Assembly: GCA_024679065.1 (NCBI GenBank)
Contig: JAGIQG010000023.1
Span: forward strand, 10,416,001-10,480,000
DNA from: Sphyrna mokarran
Lineage: Eukaryota
Direction of reading: 5' to 3'
Length of the DNA: 64,000 nucleotides
Below the pieces are notes generated by a model. It was not told the origin of the DNA. It made no database searches and saw only the letters and a program-made list of their open reading frames with translations. Shown piece after piece: positions 1 to 12,250 of this stretch. Position 1 is the stretch's first letter; each line of letters starts with the position of its first letter. Both the position numbers and the translations under genes were made by a program.

Positions 1-329
1 GTTATTGCTGAGAGATTTTTTTTATATTAAACTTTTAAAGAAGAAAAAGAGAAATAAAATAATGTTCGCCACCTCAGGAAGTTCTGACTTGCTTTACAGC
101 CAGTGATGAAAATGTGATTGCCAAATTGCACATAGCAATTTCCCAGCAATAACTATGAAATGAGTTACCAGAATCAAGATTTTTTAAGTAATTGGGTTTG
201 GGAGAACACTTCTTGAAAAAGTGTGGTGGGTTTAGTTTTAATATTGACTTGGAAAGTGGGGCTTATTGTGCATTATTGCCAGGCAGGAGTAGGGGCTCAA
301 CTTTCTGGATTGTGATTTGTATTCAATTG

Positions 330-662
330 AAACCCTACAGTGCACAAGGAGGCCATTCAGCCCATTGAGTCTGCATCAACAACAATCCAATGTCAGGTCC
401 TATCCCCATAACTCCACGTATTTCCCCCACTAATTCCTCTACCCGATATATCCCGGGACACTAAGAGGCAATTTAGCATGGCCTATAAACCTAACCCCCA
501 CATCGTTAGAGTGTAGGAGGAAACTGAAGTGCTTGGAGGAAACCCATTCAGACAGGGGAGAACTTGCAAACTCCATGCAGATATGACCCAAGCCAGGAAT
601 CGAACCAAGTTCTCTGGAGCTATGAGGCAGCAGTGCTAACTGCTGTGCCATCATGCTGCCCA
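330..662 (-). mobile_element. HE1-type tRNA-derived V-SINE (CR1-like tail, type A)
   Basis: tRNA-like head (A box tggcacagcagttagc, B box ggttcgattcc), V-domain gtttgcaagttctcccc, tail ggcctcc..gcactgtaggg. Confidence 0.85.
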
Positions 663-1328
663 CACAAGCTTTCTGAGTCAGAGATGAGAGTGCCACTGAA
701 CCAAGGCTGATATCTTTAAACTATCATTCTTAATATCCTCTCCTCCGTCCTGTGTCATTGCTTTAGGTTAATCATTTGGTGCACAGCTAACTGCATAAAA
801 AAATTTGCAATTAAATTGCTATACAGATTATATTGCTTACAAAAAAGTTGTCTTCGGAGATAAAGGTATAAGTAGTTCAGCATTGCAATGATGTAGTAAA
901 ATGGGTCACATGCTTGAACCACAAACTTCCCGTTCAGAGTTGAAAGGATTGAGTCAAGAGGAAGCCTAGTTATAGAAGTTGTAAAACATTTTTATTTCCG
1001 TTCATCTGGTTACACTGAATGATTAATCAGTACACGTGCATCTCTGTAAGTGGACATATCTCAGACTCATGTCCAATGTGGTACAAATTTATGCTGGAAA
1101 TGGGGGGGGCGGGGTTGTTAGCTCTTTAGCTTTGCTGCTGTTTCAATGGCGTTTACACATCAAAGCTCATGTACTCTGCTCTGATCCTATGTACCAGAAA
1201 GTCCTTCAACTTCTCATTCATGCTCAAAATCTTACAGTCTGAGTGAACACTGCAGCAATTATCCACACATGTATTATCCTGGGCTTTACATAGTGTCTTT
1301 ATGTGCCCTGTCTGTGAACACAAGTCCT

Positions 1329-1455
1329 CACTCACCTGATGAAGGAGCTTGAGGGTCTGAAAGCTCGTGCTGCCAAATAAACCTGTTGGACTTTAACCTG
1401 GTGTTGTGAAACTTCTTACTATGCTTACCCCAGTCCAACACTGGCATCTCCACAT
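1329..1455 (+). mobile_element. Penelope-like terminal (pLTR) fragment with hammerhead core
   Basis: cacCTGATGAagg...GAAAgctcgtg followed by aaataaacctgttggactttaacctggtgttgtg...ccagtccaac...catctccacat. The same motif recurs at about 1730-1852, 11301-11478, 13791/14150-14230 and 46106-46299. Confidence 0.7.
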
Positions 1456-1861
1456 TATCCTTAACAGGTGTGAGACAGAAATCAGGCTGAATATCACTCA
1501 GGGCCAACAAAAAAACTTATGAAATGGACACACACATCTTTAAAGTTAAAGTTTATTTATTAGTCACAAGTAGGCTTACATTAACACTGCAAAGAAGTTA
1601 CTATGAAAATCCACTGGCACCTGCTTTAAGACTTGAATAGGTTAGATGTAAGGATTCGCATTCTAATCAGCAATCTGTGACTGTTTGTGCTGATATGTGT
1701 GCTATTGCAGACCAGAACACTGCATTTGCCTGACAAAGACCAAAGTCGAAAGCTCGCAGATTTACTATCAAATAAATCGGTTGGATTTAAAATAGGTGTT
1801 GCCAGATTCTTACTGAGTATACCTCAGTCCAACGCCAGCATCTCTACATCATGACCTGTTT

Positions 1862-2165
1862 GGGAGGCATGGTGGCACAGTGGTTAGCACTGCTGCCTCA
1901 CAATGCCAGAGACCCAGGTTCAATTTCAGGTCATTGTTTCATCTGGAGTTTGCACATTCTCCCACGTTTCTGTGTGTGTTTCCTCCGAGTGCTCCAGTTC
2001 CCTCCCACAGTCCAAAAGAGGTGGGGGTTAGATTGATTGGCCATGCAAAATTGACCCTAGTATCAGGGTAAATATGTGGGGTTGCAGGAGTGGGGCATGG
2101 ATCGGGTTGTTCTTGGTGCAGATCCGATGGGCTGAATGGCCTCTTTCTGCACTGTATGGATTCTG
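1862..2165 (+). mobile_element. HE1-type V-SINE (type A tail)
   Basis: Full head-body-tail. Abuts an oppositely oriented copy at about 2175-2365. Confidence 0.85.
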
Positions 2166-2864
2166 TGTGCAATGTTGGAGAATTTAACATGGCCAACGCA
2201 CCTAACCAGCACATCTTTCGGACTGTGGAAGGAAATCAGAGCACCCGGAGGAAACCCACGCAGACATATGGAGAACGTGCAAACTCCACATAGACAATGA
2301 CCCAAGCCGGGAATTGAAGCCAGGTCCTTGGCACTGTGAGGCAGCAGTGCGAACCACTATGCCGCTGTGCAGACCTTATGTGCTATCAGATATCAACCAA
2401 GTATTGTATGAGAGATGTCAGTAATATTGTTTCACTTGATAACCAGCTCTACCTCACCACCACCTCTCTCAATCAATACCCCCTGCCTCCCCCTCACCGC
2501 CATGTCTCAACACGGTCAATTTTCTTGAATAACACCCAGTGCTAAATAAACATGCACTTCCTCCCACTAAGTACTGGGACAAGCAAAGCTGGTGCTGTTA
2601 TTTTCTACCACATTTTCCATTCTTTTGCCACTAGCTCTATCTCATGCCACAGTGTCTATCTGAAGTGGAACCAGAAGTTCACAACCTGCATACTTGAAAC
2701 TAAGAAGAATGTGTGACCACAGGTCCATGCAATTACCCTTTTACAGCTCCACATATTTGCCCAACTCTGCCCCTGCTTCAGTTTATCTACTACTGAACAC
2801 TCATGTGTGCCTTTTCTGTGCCTATACTTGAGCATTTCCAATGCACCCCTAGCTGGCTCTACCC

Positions 2865-3760
2865 CCTGTAAAATTGACGACATCCAGAACTTGACTGACA
2901 TTGCCCTAACTTGAATAAAGTCCCATTTACCCATCACCCCTGTGCTCACCGACTTGTACTGGCTTAAGCAGCACATCAATTTTAATATTCTCATCTTGGC
3001 TGTAAAAACCCTACATGACACTGGGGGCAATTTTATGGCACTGTCCAAGTCAGACAAAAACCCCAATATGACGGCTAACTCCCACGAGAGGGCCACAATG
3101 GAAGTCACCCACTCTACCATCCCTCCCAACCTTCCCACTCCACCCCAATGGCAGCAACATAATCAGGTTCATGCTCTGTGTGGGCGTGAATCTAATTAAC
3201 AGGATTTTAAATAGATTTTAATATTCCAAAGCAGCTGAACACTGTTGCTTCTGGATTACCCAGGTTCCCCCTCCCTTACACCCAAAATGGCGTGGAATCA
3301 TGAGGGCTGCATCAGAGGCTCTGAGGTGAGTGTAGCCCCCAGGGGGTGAGGGAACTGCCTACGGCATCCTGGCAGTGCCAGTCTGGGGGGAAATACATCA
3401 GTTTTTAATCAGAACCTAGCACTTTGCCATTATTTGGTAAAATGCTGTCATTCATCTCCCCCTATCTTTGCATTCTCCTCCAACGCTCGAAGTCTGGCCT
3501 CTGGCGCATCTCTAGAATGGCTGAGCTTTTATGTGCTGAGGTTCTAAACCTTTGAATTCCCCCTGAACCTCTCTGCACATTGATCCATCTCTCCCCTCCC
3601 CTTTAAGATGCTCTTCATATCTCTCTCATTGACCAATCCTTTGATCATTTGTCCTGATGTTTCTTTATGTTGTTCAACGTCAAACATTGCTTGATAATTG
3701 CTCCTGTAAAGTGCCTTGGACTTTTAACTCTGTTCAAAATACTATCAAAAATTATATTGT
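2865..3760 (+). mobile_element. L2 LINE 3' fragment interrupted by an insertion (about 3020-3450)
   Basis: PITPVLTDLYWLKQHINFNILILAVKTLH resembles the L2 ORF2 C-terminal HITPVL..LHWL..RI.FKIL motif. L2-type tail near 3710-3760. Confidence 0.7.
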
Positions 3761-3774
3761 TGCTGGCAGTGTCT

Positions 3775-4130
3775 GACCGAGCATAGCATCACGGAGTCCT
3801 CACAAACTTTAAGTCAATGGAAATCCGGGGAAGACTCTACAATGGTCAGAGTCACGCCAAACGCAAAGGAAAATGGGCGTGATTGTTGGAGTTTAAAAAT
3901 CAGGGCATCGCTGTAGGAGTTCCTCAGGGTAGTGTCCGAGACCCAGCCATCTTCATTTCCTTCATCAATCACTTCCCTCCATCGTGAGGTCAGAAGTGGG
4001 ATGTTGATTAATGAGTCAGCACCATTCATAATTCCACAGATATTGAAGCAGTCATATAACAAGACCTGGACAATATTTGAATTTGGCTGATAAGTGAGAA
4101 ATAACATTCACACTATACTACACACTAAGT
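3775..4130 (+). mobile_element. CR1-clade LINE reverse transcriptase fragment (degenerate)
   Basis: ggagttcctcagggtagtgtc encodes the GVPQGSV RT motif; frameshifted. Confidence 0.75.
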
Positions 4131-4134
4131 AGAG

Positions 4135-4452
4135 CTCTTTGGCGGCACAATGGTTAGCACTGCTACCTCACAGCATCAGGGAACTGGATTCAATTCCCGG
4201 CTTAGGTCACTGTCTGTGTGGAGTTTACGCGTTCTCCTCATGACTCCATAGACTTCCTTTGGATACTCCGGTTTTCTCCCACAGTTCAAAGATGTGTGGG
4301 TTAAGTGGATTGGCTGTGATAAATTGCCCCTTAGTGTCAGGGAAACTAGCTAGGGTAAATGCATGGGGTGATGGTGATAGAGCCTCAGTGAAATTGTGGT
4401 TGGTGCAGATTCAATGGGTCAAATGGCCTTCTGCACTGCAGGATACAATGAT
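4135..4452 (+). mobile_element. HE1-type V-SINE (type A tail) inserted in CR1
   Basis: Consensus-like head, body and tail. Confidence 0.85.
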
Positions 4453-5764
4453 TTTACACAAGTACCAGGCAATTAACATCTCCAACAAGAAAATTTAACT
4501 ATTTTTTCCTGATAATCAACATCAACTCCATAGAACCATGGAAAGGTCACAATGTAGAAAGAGGCCATTCAGCCCATCATATCTGTGCTGGGCAAGAAAA
4601 AGGAGAAAAAGATACTTGTTGGCTTATTTAATCCCACTTTCTAACAACTAATCTAGCCTTGTGCAGGTCCAAGTACCTTTTAAATAAGTTGAGCTTTTCA
4701 ACATTAATCGCTAACTTTGCCAACTTTAAGGGCATTTAGATGATCAGTGGATAGGCATACGGATAACATTGGAATAGTTTAGCTTAGAGGGTCATTAGAT
4801 TGGTTCCACTGGTCGGTGCAACATCGAAGGCCGAAGGGCCTGTACTGTGCTGTAATGTTCTATGTTCTATGTTCTAACTTAGATTGTGAATCCCAGATGC
4901 CCAACACTCTGTGGGTGAAAAAGATTTTTGTCATATTTCCTTAATCATCTTAACTCTATGCTCTCTAGCAATCAAACCTTCCCCCATGGGAAACAAGTCT
5001 TTCCTGTCTACTCTCTCTAGATCCCTAATTTTGTTCACCAAAATTAGGTCACCCCATAGCCTGCTCTGTTCTAAGGAAAACAGCCCTACCTTAAAGGAAG
5101 CACAGTAGCACAGTGGGGATGTTTAGTAATGATTCAGCATGATTCACAATTCCACAGATACTGAAGCACTCATATAACAAGACTTGGACAATATTTGGCT
5201 TTGGCTGATAAGTGGGAAATAACATTTGCATTATAATACACACTAACTAGGGCTGTATGGCAGTACAGTGGTTAGCATTGCAGCCTCACAGCGCCAGAGA
5301 CTCTAGTTCGATTCCCAGCTTGGGTCACTGTCTGTGTAGAGTTAGTTTAGCATGGTAAATCAATCTAACCTGCACATCCTTGGATAGTGGGAGGAAACTG
5401 GAGCACCCAGAGGTAACTTAAGCAGACAAGGGGACACAGTCACCCAAGCCGGGAATCGAACCTGGGCCTTAGGCGCTATGCTAACCACTGTGCCACCGCG
5501 CTACTCCACGTCTGTTCCTGTGCTGTACTTTTCTTCTTCTTTGCTCTACGTATACGTTGAAAGTCAGGAATGTGGTGGAGTACTCTCCACTTGCCCAGAC
5601 CGCAGGTCTAACAGCACCCAAGAATTCAACGCCATCCAGGATAAAGCAACCCCCTCCTTAAGCACTTCAAACACCACCTTAGACATTCACTTCCTTCAAC
5701 CCCCACACACAGTGGTGACAGTGTGTACCAACCACAAGATCCAAAAGGAATAAAGAAGAAAAAA

Positions 5765-6190
5765 TAACTTGCATTTATATCATGCCTTTCATGAACTAAA
5801 GATACCCATGAGTGCAAATCTATTAAAGAATGATTTTTGCAAGGCAATCTCTGTTGCAATTTACAAACTGCAGCTGCCAGTTTTCACACAGTAAGAACAC
5901 ATACTCCTCAATGTGGAAATGAGACTGTTTGTATTAAGTGGTAGTGGTGACAAATATTGTCCAGGAAACCAAGAGAATTCCCCTTCCCTTCCTCAAATAA
6001 TGTTATGAGCTTCTTTACATCAACTAAGAGGTTAAACAGGGTGTCAGTTCTATCTGCCATCTGAATCACGGTGCCCCTGACCACACACACTTCCTGAGTA
6101 CTTTGCTAAAGGATGAGTGAATCATTAGATTATGTATGACTTGAATTTTATACTCAGAAGCATGAGTACAGTTTATCAACCATTTATATG
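5765..6190 (-). mobile_element. Deu-domain SINE (SacSINE1-like, L2-type tail)
   Basis: Reverse complement of a tail like aaggcatgatataaatgcaagt and a Deu-like core. Related copies at about 60-260, 12960-13270, 16010-16310, 21085-21380, 28140-28515 and 50430-50630. Confidence 0.6.
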
Positions 6191-7769
6191 AGTCATCTCT
6201 CACCCCTGCCCATTTGGACCATTCCTCATGTACCCTCATTTTATGACTAACTTTGTAATTTCCCATTTTTTCACTTCCTCCTTTTTTCATTTACTTTTGA
6301 CATTTTTCTCGACGTGATGGGTGATTCTCTGCTTTATTAGACAGCCATCCCATTCGCATAGCAAACTCTCATTTCAAAAGTGATCCCAATGTCCCAAGAA
6401 ATGGAAATCCCCCCTTGCTACACCGTCTTTCCAGATATGTGCATTTCCTCCGGGTGCTCCAGTTTCCTTCCACAAAGTGAAAGATGTGCTGGTTAGGTGC
6501 ATTGGCCATGTTAAATTCTCCCTCAGTGTATTCAAAGACACCAGAGTGTGTGGTGACTGGGGGATGTTCACAGTATATTCTTTGCTCTGTTAATGTAAGT
6601 CTTACTTGTGACAAACACAGAACAACAAAGAACAAAGTACAGCACAGGAACAGGCCCTTTGGCCCTTCAAGCCTGTGCTGATCATGATGTCCTAACTAAA
6701 CTAAAAATAAAATCTTCTGCCCTTGTTTGGGCCATATCCCCTATTCCCTCCCTAATCATGTATCCGTTCAGATGCCTCTTAAATGTTGCTGATGTGACTA
6801 CTTCCTCTGGCGGCGCATTCAGGCATCCACCAATCTTTGAGTGAAAATCTTCCTCCAGCCATCTCCCTTAAGTTTTCCTACTCTCGCCTTGAACCTGTGC
6901 CCCCTTGTAATTGACTGCCTGAGGCTAAAGGAGAATGCCGTTCTCCGAGCAATGCCCAGCACCGGAATCGGGGTGGGCGTGGCCGCAAAATTCTGACCGT
7001 GGTGCCTTAAAATTGACCCACGCATTTCCTACAGTGACTTCAACAAGTTCCCCACCTGAATGTACATTTTGAAAGGTGGGGAGTCCCTGAATGGAGATGT
7101 ACAAATGCAAGTCTATCTTTTCCTTTTTCTCACCTCATGTGTCTCAAAAAAAATCCCAAATCTAGCCCATAACAGCTTGCAGCCTTTTCCTGTTTCAATT
7201 TCCTTTATGTGCTGGAGGAGACCGAGTTATTCAACCGCACACACACAGCAGATGTGTGCAAAGAGGAAACATTTGAAACCAGTTCCGTCAACCACTTGGA
7301 AAATGTTCAGAGCTCAGCTCTCGAGCCAAACTGTCACCTCCTGAACAGCTGAAAACTAAATGGAGCAACTTCTATTGGCCAATCATGAAACGTACACTTA
7401 TGTGCTCATGTTTGCAAATGCAATGATGTTGATTAATAAGCCCCACCCTGCCCTTTGACCAGATATGACCAGTTCATACTGGTGAGCTCCCAATGTAAGG
7501 CACATCTGAGGTTATGCCAAACCTGGAACTAAGTACACAATTAGTGTAATGCCAGCAGGGCAACTTCTCTTCTCTGATCACCACCCCATTCACAGTTAGG
7601 CTTACATGGAATCATAGAATCTCTACAGTGCAGGAGGAGGCCACTCGGCCCATCCTGCTTCACCGATAACAACGTCATCCAGGCCCTATCTCCGTAACCC
7701 CACAAATTTATCCTGTTAATTTACCCTGAAACTTAGAAGCAATTTAGCATGGCCAATCAACCTACAAGA

Positions 7770-8050
7770 AGCACAGTGGTTAGCACAAATGCCTCACAGT
7801 GCTCGGGACCCGGATTCAATTCCCAGATTCTATATGGAGTTTTCATGTTCTTTCCGTGTTTGCGCGAGTTTCCTCAGGGTGGTCCGGTTTCCTCCCACAG
7901 TGCGAACGACTGGCTTATGTGCATTGGCCATGCTAAGTTCTCCCTCAATGTATCCTAGTAGATGTTGGAGTGTGGCGACTAGGGGATTGTCACAGTAGCT
8001 TCATTGCAGTGTTAATGTTAGCCTACGTGTGACATGAATTAATAAACTTT
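7770..8050 (+). mobile_element. V-SINE with type B tail nested in a minus-strand type A SINE (about 7607-8210)
   Basis: Tail gtggcgactaggggattgtcacagtagcttcattgcagtgttaatg...aataaacttt. Both flanks are halves of a reverse HE1. Confidence 0.8.
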
Positions 8051-8529
8051 GAACTGCACTTCTTTGGAGTGTAGGGGGAAAGTGAAGCACTCAGAGGAAA
8101 CGCATGCAGATGTGGAGAGAACGTGCAAACCCAGTTACCTCAGGCCGGAATTGAACCTGGGTCCCTGGTGCTGTGAGGTAGCAGCAATCCCCACTGTGCC
8201 ACTGTGCCATCTGTTTAAGCCTGTTTTCCAGTAGGTTTATAGTCCACTTTCCAGACATCACGACTCCTGTAAGCTATTCTCATTCTGGAATCACTATCAT
8301 TTAACATGCTTCATTTTAATGTTACCATTCTTTAATGAGAAGAAAAAACAGGAGTTGGGTTGGATTTCCTGACTGTTTGTGAAGCATTCCAATGAGAGGG
8401 TTGGAGAAGAATTGGCCTGAGTCTGGTTATCCAGTGTCTGAATCTGTGCTGGGAGCTCCCGTTACTCTCACAACTTCATTGATAGCAAGAGGGTGGAGCT
8501 GGCTAGGAGCAGAGCCACAGCAGAATTGA

Positions 8530-8870
8530 ATGGTACAGTGGTTGGCACTGCTGCTTCACAGTGCCAGAGACCTCGGTTCGATTCCCAGCTTGGGTCACTG
8601 TCTGTGTGGAGTTTTGCGCATTCTCCGTGTGTCTGCATGGGTTTCGTCTGGGTGCTCTGGTTTCCTGCTACAGTCCGAAAGATGTATTGGTTGTGTGCAT
8701 TGGCCATGCTAAATTAATGCTTATGTGCCAAGTTGTGTTGGTTAGGGAGCATTAGTAGTTATGAAGATTGGGCGAGGGGGTTGGTCTGTGTGTCGACCTG
8801 GGTAAGGTGCTGAGTCGGTGCAGATTTGAGAGGCCGAATAGCTTCCTTATGTACAGTAGGGATTCTATGA
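8530..8870 (+). mobile_element. HE1-type V-SINE (type A tail)
   Basis: Consensus-like sequence. Confidence 0.8.
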
Positions 8871-9400
8871 TCCTAGCTGCATGCATATTGTGTGCTAACC
8901 CCAACAATGTCTGTTCAGATCATTGCTGGAAGCCCCCTGATGACTCAATCCCAGCGCTGAACTCCAGGATATTAATCCAAGGAATTCCCCAGTTCAGGGA
9001 AATGTAACCCATGTTTCATAGTAACTATATTGACAACAGATAGTGAGTCAATTTTAGAAAATGCTTATGAACCTAACACTTACTGTGGAAACCTAGCAAC
9101 ACACAGGCATTCATGTATATCTCAGACCACAAGAGTTTGCACATTAAAAGGTGTTATTTTACACAAAATTAAAGCTTGGTTTTTGGGCTGATACTTCAAG
9201 AAAATTCACCACATCATCTCAGCAATGACTCGCAGACAACAAAAGTCACAGAAAAGCTGTGTCTCACATGTTTAATACATTTGCCTGCACCCGTTGAACC
9301 ACAAGCACTTTGTCTTTTTTTCTTGTCTGTACTTTGTTGTTGGAAGATTAAAATTAAATTCCAACAAGTCAGTTTCATCAACACAATTGAAACAGCTTGA

Positions 9401-9627
9401 TTTTAAAAAGTTTTTACTCCATTCTTAAAGTTACAAAGCCAAAGTGCAGAGCGGACCAGGCAAGACTTTAACCCGCGTCCTTGCTTGCTCCAAAAATCAA
9501 CTCAAATTAGACCCAATTCGTGGTCCCCACAAGAGAGACAACAAGATGTGAGCTGACAAGATAAGGCTTTACACCTGGTCTTGGGCTTAATCTGATGCTT
9601 GATCTTAGTCAAAAGCTGAGAAACGAT
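9401..9627 (-). mobile_element. U2 snRNA-headed short retro-element (SINEU-like), copy 1
   Basis: Minus strand begins ATCGTTTCTCAGCTTTTGACTAAGATCAAG (27/31 to U2 nt 1-31, U2 sequence from memory). It continues into a non-U2 body shared with the copies at 13842-14049 and 44324-44470. Confidence 0.65.
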
Positions 9628-9754
9628 TTAACAAATTAGTGCTTTAAAAATATACAATCTAGACACAACGGGCAGACATGCTGGCTAATTTCCACCTTAT
9701 AGTTGAGAAAGCCCACCAACACCTCTATTTCCTCAGAAGGTGAAAGAAATTTGG

Positions 9755-10050
9755 CATGTAGCACAGTGGTTAGCACTGCTGCTTCACAGCACCAGAGCCC
9801 TGGGTTCGATTCCTGGCTTGGGTCACTGTCTGTGTGAAGTTGCACGTTCTCCCTGCGTCTGCATGGGTTTCTTCTGGATATTTCGGTTTCCTCCCACGGT
9901 GTAAAAGACACACTGGTTGGGTGTATTGTCATGCTAAATTGCCCCTCAGTGTACCCGAACAGGTGTCGGAATGAGGTGACTAAGGGAATTTCACAGTAAT
10001 TGCAGTATTAATGTAAGCCTTACTTGTAACTAATAAATAAATTTTAACTT
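9755..10050 (+). mobile_element. V-SINE with type B tail
   Basis: HE1 head plus cagtgtacccgaacagg...taatgtaagccttacttgtaactaataaataaa. Confidence 0.8.
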
Positions 10051-11300
10051 TAGTTATGACATTACATTAATCCACTTTGCATTCTCAGGTCGAGTATTGA
10101 TGGATAAAACACCCCAGCGCCAATGATGCCCAGGCAGTAGGAATCCAACACTCCCATAGACTTCATGGACAAGAATCTCTGACGTGGGTCAGACTTACCT
10201 ACTTAACTTCCTGCAGTTTTTCCACCTTCCAATGGAAAGTCTGCTCAAACACGTATAGACCAGGGAGCAGTGCAGAAAATTGTCACAGAAGCCACACTCA
10301 AATTTCCACAGTATTATTTGTTGCTTTTTTCATAAGAGGTAGTTGTCACTGGGTAGATCAGCATTTATTACCCATCCCTAGTCGCCCTTGAGAAGGTGCT
10401 GGTGAGCTGCCTTCTTGAAACGCTGCAGTCCTGTGTTTATAGGTACTACTAGCACTATTAGAAGCAATTAGGAATGAGCAAAGGATTCTGGCCGAGCCAA
10501 CTACGGTCACATCCCATAAGCAAATAATAAAAAATAAAACTGTTTCAGCCACTCCAATTCTGGCCAGGCTGCAGTTGGTCAGCTTCAGAGCATTCTTCCA
10601 TGCTACCCAAACCATGACGATCTCCAGAGGTCAGAAAGTGAACACTTAGTGAAGTTTCTAGTGATGGACGGCACGCCAGCACCGTGGTTAGTGCTGCTGC
10701 CTCACAGCAACAGAGATCTGCGTTCGATTCCTGGGTTGGGTCACTGCCCGTGTGGAGTCTGCATGTTCACCCCGTGTCTGCGTGGATTCCCTCCAGGTAC
10801 TCCAATTTCCTCCCCAGTCCAAAAATGTGTAGGTTAAATGGATTGGCCATGCTAAATATATAGGGTTATGGGGATAGGACAGGGGTCTGGGGCATCGGTA
10901 AGATGCTCTTTCAGAGTGCAAACTTGATGGGTCGTAAAAGTCAAAGTCCAAAGTCCTTTTGGCTGCATTCAGTCATGATCAGTGTCTGAATCACATGTGC
11001 ATAGGAAATAGAAGCGGCAGTAGACTGCTCTGGCTTCCTCCCACAGCCCAAAGATGTGTGGGTCAGATTGATTGGCCGTGCTAAATTAATCCTCAATGTC
11101 AAGGGGATTAGTGGGGTAAATATGTAGGGTTATGGGGATAGGATCTGGATGGGTTTAATGTCAGTGCAGCCTCGATGGGCTGAATGGTCTCCTTCTGTAC
11201 TGTAGGGACTCTTTGCTTTCCATCTGCTCAATTAACTCATTCTCCTGTCCTTTGTCCACCCAAAACCAACCCCTTTCTGCAAGTATGTCCTCAGGAAAGT

Positions 11301-11478
11301 CATGATGTAGAGGTGCCAGCGTTGGACTGGGGTAAACACAGTAACAAGTCTCACAACACCAGGTTAAAGTCCAACAGGTTTATTTGGGTAGCAAAATCCA
11401 CTAGTTTTCAGAGCTAGTGGTGTTTGATACCAAATAAACCTGTTGAACTTTAACCTGGTGTTGTGAGACTTCTTACTC
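11301..11478. mobile_element. Fold-back (inverted) Penelope-derived element
   Basis: aagtctcacaacaccaggttaaagtccaacaggtttattt is followed by its reverse complement aaataaacctgttgaactttaacctggtgttgtgagactt. Confidence 0.75.
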
Positions 11479-11914
11479 AGGAAAGTCACCAGAGTTGGGC
11501 ACAGGGATGACAGGCCTTTTCACATTGTCCCAATGATGGTATTTTGTTTTGCCATCCCAGCTCTGTTCCATCCCATTTCGGGATGGGGAAATCTGGTCCC
11601 TGATGCCTGCAACTTCAGTTAAATGCAAAACTTTACATATCACTGTCAGCTCATGGTGTGCTACAGAAGATCCTGCATATGGTAAAGGTTCCCCTTTTAC
11701 ACTGCGACAACATTACTGTTATTACAAAAGCCTTGTTACTGAGGCCTAACTGGCTTTTTAATAACATATTGAATCATAATTACTGCTAAAAAAAAAACCT
11801 GTCTGGTCCTAGAAAGCAAATTATATTTTGTGTAAGGTCAAGTTTTTTTCTATTAGTATCAAGTTTTGAATTTGATTATTTTTAAAAGTTTGCTTATAAT
11901 ATTTCGGCTTCTAA

Positions 11915-12250
11915 TGTGGGACAGCACAGTGGTTAACAGCATCAGGGATCCAGGTTCCATTCTAGCCTTGGGTCACTGTTTATGTGGAGTTTCCACCTTC
12001 TCCCTGTGCCTGCGGGATTTCCTCCAGGTGCTCCCGGTTTCCTCCCACAGCTCAAAGAAGATGTGCGGCTTAGGTTAAATTGCCCCTTAATGTCCCAAGC
12101 TGGATAGGTTAGGGGAATTAACCATGCTAAATGCACAGTGTTTCAGGGATAGGGTGGGGGATGGAGCTTGGGTAAGAAGCTCTGTCGGAGAGCTGGTGCA
12201 GACTCAATGGGCCGAGTGGCCTCCTTCAGCATGTGGGCATTCTGTGACTC
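11915..12250 (+). mobile_element. HE1-type V-SINE (type A tail)
   Basis: Consensus-like sequence. Confidence 0.8.

Noticed and set aside
1153-1335. Cys-rich minus-strand ORF ending AEYMSFDV
   Set aside because: No recognisable family and no supporting exon structure.
7130-7460. Possible minus-strand first exon/promoter (ATTGGCCAAT, CACCC box, gtgag donor)
   Set aside because: Short motifs only, with no coding or downstream exon support.
9598-9627. U2 snRNA gene
   Set aside because: Only the first 21-31 nt match; there is no Sm site or 3' stem-loops. Treated as the head of a repeat.
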